DNA of 64,000 bases from Podarcis erhardii (lineage: Eukaryota), in assembly GCA_964252035.1 (NCBI GenBank), contig OZ176200.1. One strand, written 5' to 3'. This document shows, piece after piece, positions 12,700-24,556 of this stretch (its first letter is position 1; the number at the start of each line of letters is the position of its first letter). The translations under genes and the position numbers were made by a program. Under the pieces are notes generated by a model. The model worked only from the letters and a program-made list of their open reading frames with translations. It ran no database searches and was not told the origin of the DNA.

Positions 12700-12876
12700 A
12701 CAGGATTGCCTTCAGACATCTCGGGGGTCAGATAACTCCACACCCTCCAACATTTCTCCAATGAAAATTGGGACATCCTAAGGAAAAGTGGGACATTCCA
12801 GGATCAAATCAGAAACCGTGGCAGCTCCTCTAAATCAGGGACATTACTGGAAAATAGGGACACTTGGAGAGTCTGG
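12700..12876. mobile_element. hAT-like MITE (GGGACA-rich family)
   Basis: Repeated GGGACA/TGTCCC subterminal motifs; CCCTCCAACATTTCTCCAATGAAAAT also present at about 12275-12300. Confidence 0.55.
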
Positions 12877-15019
12877 ATTTTGCATATATATTTCTAAACA
12901 TGCCGCATAGCAGATGTGAGAAGCAGTTCAGCAGCAATGGAAAGCACACTTACCAGAAAATGTCTACGTGAGCTAAAGATGCCTTATCTCCAGACATTTA
13001 TTTGTAAGGCGGGGGGAAGCATCCTCCTCCACCACCCTCCAGGTCTTCCAATCCTTGGTACCAGCTGGGCTGCTGTCGCCAATGCGTTCAAGGTCCAGGA
13101 AACCCACACAGCTGTTTTTGAGGACAAAGCAAAAGAGGTTTTCCTCTGCCAGGACTCACACTGAGTGTTCCCAAGAAGCAAGTGTATCTGTCGATTCTAA
13201 GGCAATGTGGTTTTGGAGCAGCTCTGATTTAATCTGAAGTTGAGAAATACAACCCTCCTAACTTGGCTGTTCCATTCTCCATGCCCTAAACATTTTTGAC
13301 AGGAAAACAGCTATTATTCATCTATAAATGGCTATGGAATCTTAACCCACAGCACCCTTTTACTCCCATTAATTCCACTGATGAATCTTATTCTCAACAG
13401 CTTCACGTTTTCTTTCTTTTCCTTCTTTTCTGCCTTCCCTCCATCCCTTGTTTTCTTTCCCAATTCTCTTCTCTCTTCCCTTACAGAGATCTGGATTTCA
13501 AATCAATCAATACAAAATACTTCTGCCTCATTAATAATACACACAACAGACCCTCCTAATACAACATCTGAGTCATAGTTGTGAATAGAGAAGATTAGAA
13601 TTGCATCTTAGAAAGAGGAAGCTGGAGGGGAACTTCAAAATAAATAAATGCATCCCTTGGTTCTTGTAACCATCCAATACTTTTCGCACATATGGCAGAG
13701 ACGGAGAGGCAGGGAGAGATATAAAGAGAGAGTCCTGGGCAGGTCATAGTACAGCTCATTTTCAGATTTGGGGCTCAGCCTGAGAACATGAGAAATAGGG
13801 TGTGCACAGATGAGCTGGAGAATGAAAAATGGAGAGTAATCACTACCATTCTAGTCAAATAAAATACTCAATCGATTTGTCCAACAGATGGGCTGTTTGC
13901 TGGCATCAGACTCCAGAATCTGTCTCTGCAATATCACTCATTCAGTGGAACTATTTTTTCTCCGAATCCGCAGGCTAGTTGGAAAGGAGAATGTTCTTGG
14001 CACGTGCAGGTTGTCTTTCCCTAGCTACTGAGTCACTCACTACAGCTAGCACGCACAAACTGGAGATCAGAAGGCTGCTCCAGAATTAACCCCATGCACC
14101 TGTAAGCACTGATTCCAGCCCAAATGAAGTTTCTCCTCAAATGTAGGGGGGTAGAATGGATGGACAGAAAGGCATGCTACGTGCCTATTCAGGTTTTGGC
14201 CTAGTGAGCCTGACGCTTGGTTAACAGTCTTAGCTATGGATGGTGTGGCTTGGATGTGAACGCTCCAAATTAGGTATTTCCCTGCCCCTGAACTTGTGGG
14301 ACTGAGGTGTCAAGGGGGCCAGCCCCCTTGTTTCACTTGTAGATATGCTTTTATAACACGCGTGTGTCCTTTTGTCATAATTGTGTCGCTCCCACGTAAC
14401 CAAGAAGCTGCACTTCTCTCTGTTATGGCTGAGGTAGGGTTTTGTGTTCTTGGCATGCCATTTCACTTCTACAAGAAAAAGAAATTGGTCTCTCCTTTAA
14501 AGAACAGTTCACTCACCTAAGGAATTTTGCCAACTTAAAAACAAAACAAAAAAACAAAGTGGAAAGTCCCCCGTCATCACCAGCATGGATTTATGTCGTA
14601 CCAGCATAAAATGCTTTATAGTGACAGGTCACAGATTAAAATCGGGAGGGGCGCGCTTGCATGCTTGACTGTTAACACACATATTCTCATCCTATGGATC
14701 ACCTCCTGAGCCCCCACATTCCTTTCCCTCATGCTAAACATTGCTAATGGCTCTTCTTTGCCGGCCTTTTTTGTTTTCTTGGCAATTGCTGCCCCCACAA
14801 TGATGTAAAAGCAAAGTCCCTATGTCTGTGCGTTCATTCGCTGGTTAAAAATACCATAATATGCTAGTGCCAAAGAGTGTGTCAGCTACAGTGTGTGTAA
14901 TGATAAGCTGGCAAAGCTGTACACCACAAAAGAGACTTAGTGGTTCTCAAGTGTGTGTAATAATAATAATAATAACAACAACAACAATAACAATAAATAA
15001 ATAAAATAAAATAAAATAA

Positions 15020-15167
15020 AAATTGTTTACCTCTTGGATGTCTGACAGGAGGGTGTTCCACAGGCTGGGTGCCACCACAAAGATGTCTTTCTGCCTGGTT
15101 CCCTGCAACTTCACTTCTCGCAATGAGGGAACCACCAGAAGGCCCTTGGAGCTGGATCTCAGTGGGA
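15020..15167 (-). mobile_element. L2 ORF2 C-terminal fragment, same family as the 55-kb copy
   Basis: Antisense translation VPSLREVKLQGTRQKDIFVVAPSLWNTLLSD aligns with the C-terminus of the 613-aa ORF; A-rich repeat adjacent at 14957-15020. Confidence 0.85.
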
Positions 15168-16080
15168 CAAACCCAGAATTTGTTGCCTCTATCCGTCATT
15201 GGCTCTACTACTTCCATCTACCCTGCCTTCCACCCTATTAGTCTCAATGGGCACCAGCCACCACTGACCACAACCCTGTTTGGTACAATCATTCACCATG
15301 CAGATTAGATGGCCCACTTGTAAGCCTACATTTGTCAGTGAGCATTAAGGCAATTAAACGTTCAACATCAGCTTTTCAAATTCAACATTTTAGGCAATAC
15401 CCACTAACTAAAATCCATCAATCTGACAGCATCGATAACTGGGAATGTTTAGAACATTCAAATTATGAGAATCTGAATTCGTTCTGGGTTTGTATTAGGT
15501 TTGCATATTTATATTGTAGCCAAGCAAACTTGCTAAATAAACCAACCAACCAATCAATAAAAACCCGCTGTGATCATACCATCCCTCTGCAAATTCATTG
15601 CAGATCTCGTCCATCAACTTTGTGGTTCCCTTTTCTAAGATTTTCTAATTTCTTATTTCTTATTGCTGTGTCTGTAATTGGCATGCTGAGAGCCTGCAAG
15701 TTGTGAAACCATAAAATATCGCAGACATTGCAACAGAAGAAAAAATAAGTCAGACCCTGGATGGCGCCTGGCTCTATCTTGCTCCATATTTATCTGCCCC
15801 TCCTCCACACCCTAGTTATCTACTCCAGTTGAAGCTTTTGTCAAATTGTTAAGGAATAAAAAAATGGTTTGGGAGACTGTGATATGTATCAGTTTTGTTT
15901 CCAGATTTAGAGACAGAAAATTCAAATGTACTATTTTCCTGCAAGCTCAATAAAAATGTTTTTCTATTTGTTTTATTGTTGTTTATAATCATTTTATTGC
16001 ACACTACACTGAAAATCTGAATCAGGTTATATATACATATGTTCCTGCTGTACCTTTATGCTGCACTTCCACATACATAC

Positions 16081-16425
16081 AGGTAAAGAAAGGTCCATTA
16101 GGTCCAGTTGCTGATGACTCTGGGGTTGTGGCGCTCATCTCGCTTTATTGGCCGAGGGAGCCGGCGTACAGCTTCCAGGTCATGTGGCCAGCATGACTAA
16201 GCCACTTCTGGTGAACCAGAGCAGCACACAGAAATGCTGTTTACCTTCCCGCTAGAGTGGTACCTATTTATCTACTTGCACTTTGACGTGCTTTCGAACT
16301 GCTAGGTTGGCAGGAGCAGGGACCAAGCAACGGGAGCTCACCCCATTGCAGGGATTTGAACCGCTGACCTTCTGATCGGCAAGCCCTAGGCTCTGTGGTT
16401 TAGTCCACAGCGCGACCCGTGTCCC
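16081..16425 (-). mobile_element. Sauria SINE, full length
   Basis: tRNA-like head GGGACACGGGT at 16425; (ACCTTT)-type tail at 16081; TSD ACTTCCACATACATAC at 16065-16080 and 16426-16441. Confidence 0.93.
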
Positions 16426-16464
16426 ACTTCCACATACATACATACATACATACATACATAATTT

Positions 16465-16627
16465 CAGTGCTTTTTTCCTTAAAAAAATGTTTAGGGGTAC
16501 TCTCATTTTGACTCAAGAAAATCACCATTTTATAGTTTAAATCGGGGGAAATACAGTAAATGTACAAAATTCACAAAATGTTTAGGGGTATGTGTACCCC
16601 TGCGTTCGCCCCAGAAAAAAAAACTGC
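16465..16627. mobile_element. hAT MITE with 8-bp TSD
   Basis: TIR CAGTGCTTTTTT / AAAAAAAACTG; TSD CATAATTT at 16457-16464 and 16628-16635. Confidence 0.8.
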
Positions 16628-16633
16628 ATAATT

Positions 16634-16860
16634 TTATTTGTATGCCACCTTTCCACAGTTCAAACCATGCTCAAGGCAGCTTACAACATGAAAATACTTA
16701 AATACAACATAACAATAGTAGTCATAAACAATAAATGAAATATTTAGAAATACACAACCAAACTGAACAATTTCAACATAAATCACAAGAACTAAAATAC
16801 AGAAAACCAACAGCAACAACCTCCCCATGAGAAACCTCCAAACATCCCACACTTCTAAGC
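16634..16860 (-). mobile_element. L2 3' end fragment
   Basis: TTTATTTGTATGCCACCTT...CTCAAGGCAGCTTACAAC antisense L2 tail followed by AT-rich 3'UTR-like sequence. Confidence 0.55.
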
Positions 16861-17377
16861 ACACCAGAGATGTAGCCCATCAGGGGGGCTTACTTCTGAG
16901 TTAGCATGTACAGTTAGCATTGTGCTGAAGTGGGGATTTTGGATGGCCCTGCTTTTCATGCCCTTGTAATGCTGTGACAACAAGCGGTCTAAGCGCTGCA
17001 AATACACCCTGAGCTAAAGAAGTGCTGGCCTTGAAGACTGGGTGGGTGGGAGAGAGATTTTTTTAAAAAAATCAACTAGGACTGTACACACAGGCCTAAT
17101 CTTGGATTCTTTGCCAGACCAGCCTCTGTGAGAAATCTTTAACCATTTTCCTGCTGGTATTTGATTGGGGAAGCAGCATTCAGCAATTACCTGGGGAAGC
17201 AGCTAAGTAGGAACAGCCTGTTCTTTGGTAGAAAGCAACTTCTGGGGCTCTCTTTTAATAACAACAACAACCAACAACAACCAACAACAACTGAGCAATG
17301 TTGAATAAATTGCAAGGCATTTATAAATGGAGGGAATTTAAAAATGCAAACAAACAGGGAAATCACTGTCTCCAATG

Positions 17378-17575
17378 TAAGAACAGAAGAAGAGCCCTGC
17401 TGTGTCAGATTGAAGGTCTGTCAAGTCCACCATCCTGTACTCACAGTGGCCAACCAGATACCTGTGAGAGGCCTCAAGTACTACCTGAGCACAAGAGCTT
17501 TCTCCTTCCCTGTGGTTTCCAGCAACTGGTATTCAGAGACATACATCCTCTGACAGCCGAGGTAGAACAGAGCTA
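17378..17575 (-). mobile_element. CR1 3'-end fragment or CR1-tailed SINE
   Basis: AAGAAC..AAGAAGAGCC...TCCAGCATCCTG..CTCACAGTGGCCAACCAG pattern shared with 32242-32412 and 39274-39500. Confidence 0.75.
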
Positions 17576-20220
17576 CTGAACTGAACATAGTCCTGTTATC
17601 AGAAAATGAGGTGGACCACTTAGTCCAATGATTTTGGGTGCATTGGGCTTGAGCCTAAGTTCCAGCCAGGCACTAAGACAAGCAACGTGGCTGAAAATTG
17701 CACTATAGTGCTCTACCAATTAGGCAATTTCCCTTAGAACAGGCAAATATAGTGACCAGCTGCAACAGAGGACAAACATCCAGCACTTTTAATACTTAAA
17801 GGGAATTCCACATTGTCATTTGAGCTGCTGAAATTCCCTATTCTACACAACTACAAAGGCTGTGAGAGCCTTTTCCTCTGTTGCAGCTGAGCACTCTGTG
17901 AACAAAACTGTTTTTGGGGTGGACATTTGCCCACATGCGCTGCACCCCCTCTCATGGTGGCTACTCTTGTTTCTGAAGTGGTCACTGCCAGCACCTTTAA
18001 ATGTCTGCATATCAATAAACCCGGGCAAGATCTTAAGGTCAGGCTGGGAGCCGGAGGCCTTGCAGATATTGGACACCAGCTCCCGCAAGTTGCAGCCCCC
18101 CACAGCCAGTGGCAATAGGAGCTGTGTTCTAGCAACATCTGAAGGCCCAGAAGTTCCCCACTTCTCCCTTAAGGTTTTACATTTACATTGTACTCGGTGA
18201 CATTCTCACACTGACTGTTTCATGAACCCATCCCTTTACAGTGCCACCAAGCCACAGGCATGAGGCAAGTCTGACTTACGGAGGCTATGGCTTCTGACAT
18301 TTGACATTGCCCTGGCTGGTCCTCCTGCAAGAGAAGTGTATGTGAGAGAGTTCAGACCAGGACATTTTGTCTTCCTGTTATTTCTGTTGCTGTGCTAGCT
18401 AACCCCTGATGACCCCAGGATACCAAATGCTAAATTCAGAACTTGGCATGAAGCCAAGGAATCAGCACAAGAACTTGAACCCGACTGCTTTATCCTGTGC
18501 TCTTTTTGAGACCCAATGTGAATAGTAGATGGAAAACCCATGTCCAGTTTAGCCCATCACAGCCTCTTTCCACAACTTCCCCCATAAAGATGTTGGGCAA
18601 ACCTCTGCTGCTGTTTGTTGGCTCATTCCATACTTTATATGGTGTGCCACTTTGTATAGGACCATGCATGGACAATACCACCATAGCCACCTAGCATTGT
18701 CAACCAGTGATGTTTTACTGGTCCACCCAAGAATGAAGTCAGCAACCATTATTATTAAACTGAACTTGGATTAAACAGGCCTTCAATAGAAGCCTATCCT
18801 CTGTAATATAGGAAATGTGGCTGTCCTACTGTATAATCCACCAGTTCTGCTCAGGATTCCACTGTTCCGACTGCACCTCATCTAGTTCTCCACAAAATAC
18901 TCTCAGCATTAAAAAATTATAATCAGAAATTAAGAGCTGGAGGGACAAACTGAAGAGAAATGATTTGATTGTCCAATTGTTAAGTCATCCCTGAGGGCAA
19001 TATTAACAGATGGAGGGTTATATTAAACTCTGCTTCTATTGACTAAGTATTAGGTATATTCCTATGACCATTTTTGAGGACCCGCAAATTTCAGTCTTGA
19101 TAACCAGCTAAAGGTTGAGGTCACGAAGCCACCAGGTGGGGGAGGGGTGTGCTGTTGTCTACCACACCATGAAGTCATGGACAGTCTCCTGATCACCACC
19201 CAACTCAAAGCTTGAGAGAAGATCTGGAATTTGTCCACTTCCAAGGCACTCAGAGCACTGCAGAAGCACAATGTGACACACAGGTGAACCTCAGCCCCCT
19301 TGCTCTCTGAGCTTCGAAGTTGGAGAAGCAGCCTTCTCCAACATGGTGCCCTTCAGATGTTGTCAGACTGCAGCTCCCATCAGCCACAGCAAGTCTGGCC
19401 AATGGTGATTATGATGGCAGCTACATCTGGAGGGCCACAGGTTTCCATGCTCTGCTTCCTTCAAGGTCTCCATAACCTTGGCATCAGGGGTGTTACTTGC
19501 ATTAGCAGGTGCTGCTGAGACCTTGGCATACAAGAGGAAGAAAATCTATCTCTTGTCTCTGATGAAATAAAGTAAGGGTCATGGGGTTGGGGAAGCATGC
19601 AAGCCAGAGAGGATGAAGACTGGCTTTATATGGCTCTGCTCACCTACCAGTTGGATAAAGAGGACACATAACTGTAGATTGCCCTGGAGACTGAAAGTCA
19701 GGTCAGACTGATTAAGTCACTTAACTGCTAACTTGTTTGTGAGTATAAACAGCTAGGACAGAAGGGACGTGGAAGGCAAAGGATAGCAAATCACTGGTGA
19801 ATTAAGTGAATTTGTGTAGTGTACAAGAGCAATCATATACCTGCCCTTGTTTTTATCTGGGGTGTATGATTGCATGTACGGTATGTGAAATAAAGTCAGA
19901 GGTCAGCCTACATAGTTTTTCAAAGAGTAGTTGTCATATTAAAACGGTGGTGTGTCTTCACCGGTACATGCAGAAATTGGAATTCTGGCCAATTTATGAA
20001 CTTGTTGAAATGTATTGGAGGATTGCCATGCCCACCCCACTGTGGATGTACATACCAATTTGCTTATGTGAAACCTCAGCATGGATTCAAATAGCAATGT
20101 GGGCTAGAGACATTCTGCTTTTGACCCACATTTCTGCATATGGGGAAATTTTTGAAGGTGCAGTGCACGTATTATCGTAGTGCTACCTGACAGATTAAAG
20201 CATAGCTAAATTAGGCCTTA

Positions 20221-20596
20221 GGGACGCGGGTGGCACTATGGGTTAAACCACTGTGCCGCTTGGGCTTGCCAATCGAAATGTCCACGGTTCGAGTCCTTGC
20301 AACAGGGTGAGCTCCAGTTCTTCGGTCGCAGCTCCTGCCAACCTAGCAGTTCAAAAGCATGTCAAAGTGCAAGTAGATAAATAGGTACCACTATGGGAAG
20401 GTAAATGGTGTTTCCGTGTGTTGCTCTGGTTTCGCCAGAAGTGGCTTAGTCATGTTGGCCACATGACCCGGAAAAACTGTCAGCAGAAGTGGACAAACAC
20501 CAGCTCCCTCGGCCTGTAAAGTGAAATGAGCGCCGCAACCCCAGAGTCGTTTGTGACTGGACTTACCAGTAATTGTCAGGGGTCCCTTTACCTTTA
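20221..20596 (+). mobile_element. Sauria SINE, full length
   Basis: Head GGGACGCGGGTGGC, B-box-like GGTTCGAGTCC, tail CCTTTACCTTTA; degenerate TSD. Confidence 0.93.
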
Positions 20597-23491
20597 AGTT
20601 AGGACTTGCATCATACCACTAACTCCAGCACTGCCCTGCAAAGGACCAAACTAGAGAGAAACAGCAATATATTCTTACAGCCACACACCTCCCCTGTTTA
20701 CAACTGAAGCCTGGGACAATTTGTGTGAAAGGGTAAGTTCTTACCTCACTTTGCTCTGTGATTTGAAGCATTTTCCACTTGGTGCAGCTCACATCTGATA
20801 TTGGAGAAGTGCTCAGAAATGAAAAGTGCCTGTATCAATGGAGTGAGGAACAACTGTTCCTCACAGAACAGAACCCATGGAACAGAAATGGGTAGCCTAA
20901 CATGGTGTGACACACTATTGGTTCTTCAGGGATTAAAGTGGGGACATGAAAGAGAAGCCAAGTTCACTAAAAGAGCTACTGTCTCCTGAGAGGAAGCCCC
21001 TTCAGTTTATACTTCAATATGGCTGCTGGTCTTTCCTACAACACTTGAGCGGAGAGGTAAGCGTGCTACTAGAGGACTACTTGGGCTTGCTTTCCTTCCC
21101 CACCATTGTGCTCTTTTATTAATCGTACAAACTGTAAAATGTGGGTACTGCCATGGTCTTATTGGCTTGAATCAAGAGTTGGCCTTGTTATTTCAAGTCT
21201 CGCTGAGTGAGAATTTGCAAAGCCTGCAGCTATTCAGGCCTCAGAATTACAGGAAACAAAAAAGAGAGGGAGGAAACTTTGGAGAAAACTGCACACAACG
21301 AGCCTTGCTGCCCTTTTGACTCCAATCAAGCCAGGTTACGCAAGCCCAATAGCTTCCCTCTTTCCGTCTTTCTCCATCAACCCTATTCTGCCCAAAGCTC
21401 TGAGCCATGCCAATCTATTGTTATCGTTTTTTTGTTTGTTTTTAAGTCATGCGGGATGCTCTGAGACTTCAGACCTGAGGCCTCACTTCCCTTGAGAAAA
21501 TGTACAGCAGAGGCGCCACTCTGATAATTTGCACCACAATTTCTTAACTTGGAACCTGTGGTTTATCTTTTAATTGCCGAAAAACAGACTAATAAAGCAC
21601 GGCTCATTAAATGTCCCAGTATTGTGAGATAGTACAGCTAGGTCCCCCTGTTAAGTCTTTTCAGAGAAGTTTTTAAAAAAGAAAGACACCATCGTATTTA
21701 AAAGTTTACAAGACACGTGACGCTATCTGGTTTTGCATAAGGACTTTTTGGGTCCCTGAAATATAAACAAAGCAATTAAAGGGGCCTACAGAGAATGGCA
21801 TTGTTCTGAGATGTGGGTTACTAGGAGCCATTAACTGTTTCTCCAAAACTCAACCTTTGGAGTAAAGGAGACACTCTTGTTGGACGTGGCTGAAGTTCTG
21901 AATAACAAGAGATGTAACTAAGTGAGCACAACTCACCCTTCCCAGCATGCACTGCGTTTTACAGGAAATTGAGAAGAGACTTTAGTGTGTGTGCTTTGTG
22001 TGTGTTTGCTTTTTTGAGTACACTAATTTGGAAGGGAGAAAGAGGGTATCTCAGTCATTTCTGGAAAGCTGTCATCTGGCACTACTCTGGCAGTTTAAAA
22101 GTAATTATTATCACAAGTAGAGATTATTTACTATGTTGCTAATTGCTTGGAGTGCCTATGGCAGAAATGTGCCTCATAAATGTTCAAAGTACATTATCAC
22201 CAACTAATTAATTAATGCCAAATCATACCTTACATGGAACCGTGGTACAACAAACAACAGCAGAGGTAGAGAGAAATCTTGATTAACTGATTATTTTATA
22301 TGACGAAATACCTTTTCATATATCTAAACAGTAATATATATGTTAACTCCATGGGCTCATTTCTGTGGGTCAGTGGGGAGGCTTAGAGTTGGCTGGGAAA
22401 CATGTGGGAAACCCATGGCCTGCAACAGAGGGCTTCTCCACACTTACCCTTTGCCCTGCTTAACACTTAGTCTGTGTTAAGGTTTGTGCTTAACACTTAG
22501 TCTGAGTGTTATTGTTGGGTTCTTTGCCCCAAGGTTTCTCCATGAAAGCCTGCTCTTTTAAGCTGAAATGAAGCAAATGTCCATTCAGCTTTTCCACTGA
22601 CTGCCATTTGTTCTGATTGAGCTTAAAAGAGCAGGTTTCCACCAGGAAAGCTCCAGAGCGAAAACAAGGCCGCTCAGACACAGAGCTTTAAACTACAGAC
22701 CGTGCCTGGGAAGAGAGGAGGAAAGGGAAGTGTGGATAAGCCCTAAGCTTCTGCTTTCTCCTCCCATCCCACAGGTACTTTGCTTGGCAGCTGCTTATGC
22801 AGAGGGCTGAATGCTAACGGGCTCTCAGCCAGTGGATCATCACCAAAACTAAGCAGTTTTCCTCTTCTACAAACAATGCCAGAACACCTGCAGCTGTTGA
22901 TAGCACACAAAAAGATCACCGCCACTTGGCTGACAACTTGGCAGTGGGTAGCTATCACGTCGCCAGCTCAAACCACAGCAGCATCAGTGAAACTCAGAAG
23001 GTTCACAAAAAGCTGTAGCTGCATCAGAATCAAATAGACTTGAGAAAAAGTTCTCACTGTAAGAAACATCTTAATGAGAAGGGGGCTGGCCAGATGGTTT
23101 GTGTAGATTAGTTCTACTAGGATTTGTCTTAAATAAAAAAAAAGTGGTTCTTAGGCATTGGTGTTCTGTTTTTTATTTGATTGACTGGTTGGGTTGCTCC
23201 CTGTGAGGTGGTGAACATCAGCTGTCTGGGTTGCAGCTCCTGATTCCCCACAGGATGAGGGTCTCTTGGTGGGTAAAGGCTTAATCTCCCTTGATGAGAG
23301 ATGAGAAGAGGTACATTTCATTGCCCCAGCCGAGAGATGCATGAGATCTTTTTTTTGGGGGGGGGGCGGTTCAGTTATTGTTGGGTCATTATTCAGTGGA
23401 CATACTTTTCTGTACATGATTATTTGATGAATGAGTGTTTAAAACACATTAAGTGTGTGGTTATCTTCCAACACTCCTCTCAGCACTTCAG

Positions 23492-23518
23492 GCCCTGAGA
23501 CCTTTGGGTATAGGGCGG

Positions 23519-23572
<54 letters not shown>
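23492..23572 (+). mobile_element. L2 extreme 3' end with long (TAA)n tail
   Basis: GCCCTGAGACCTTTGGGTATAGGGCGGTA followed by (TAA)n at 23521-23572. Confidence 0.7.
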
Positions 23573-24514
23573 TTTAAAGCAGCCATCTATGAGATGTTTT
23601 ATCCATCAGTAGGTTTTGCTTAACCTGTAATGGTAAGCAATATTTGCAGTCTCTCATATTTGATCAGTCGAATACCCCAGCCATTGAAGCTTCTACATCC
23701 TTACATATGTACAGACACAAACACCCTGTGTGATATCCACCCTGCATAATTATATGTTTTCTCATTCTGAATGTTTCCACTGAGCGTTAGGGGAAGAGAA
23801 GTAGAATCAGAGTTACGAACGTTACAATGAATAAGGAAACTAATATTTTCCTCACATAGCATTTGCCCAAGGGACCCACTTCATCGACACTGGAAGCAGA
23901 TTTTATTATATTGCAATGTCCTGTATTGGGAGGAGGGCAAAGAGGAAATCTCACAATTTTTGATATTAACCAAATATTCCTGCAATGTGGTTTTGATTTT
24001 TTGTTAATTTTAACTCTTGGAAGCATCTCGCTGGTATGTGAAGGCTTTTACAGCAACACAGCTTAGTGAATTTTTAATATACAATGCTTTTTGTCAGGGT
24101 TTTATATAATAGAAAAGATGCAGAGATATGTGGCACTTCCAAGTTTGCTGCACATATATAGGGATGGATTCAACTAAAAAGGTGCACCAGTGCGAGCCAG
24201 CACAGTGAGTCCCACTAGTGAGATGGGACTTCCCCCTTCTCTTCCCCCCATGCGCCCCTCAATTAGCTCTGAAGGTTCTGGAAAATCTTAAAAACAGGAT
24301 GCAGGAGGAGGAGAGGGGAGATTGTTCCATTGGGCAAACTGAAATGCTTGTGCTGACAGAATTATTAGAAGAGCACAACACTGAATTTTCTCCCTGTATC
24401 AGAGAACCGAAGAATTTCATGGATTGAAAGAAGTTCCTCCGTATTTTCACATTTTAGTTTCTTGATAGCATAAGCACCGGCTGTAGGAGGCCAGGACTGT
24501 TTGGGAACCTCAGT

Positions 24515-24516
24515 CT

Positions 24517-24556
<40 letters not shown>
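24515..24556. repeat. (TTTC)n microsatellite
   Basis: Direct inspection. Confidence 0.95.

Noticed and set aside
20221-20310. tRNA-like A/B boxes here and in other SINE heads
   Set aside because: SINE promoters without an acceptor stem or anticodon arm; not tRNA genes.
21505-21518. CAGCAGAGGCGCCA, CTCF-like
   Set aside because: One base short of the core spacing; weak match.
22458-22510. GCTTAACACTTAGTCTG repeated at 30-nt spacing with a small hairpin, superficially CRISPR-like
   Set aside because: Only two units in eukaryotic DNA; a simple local duplication.
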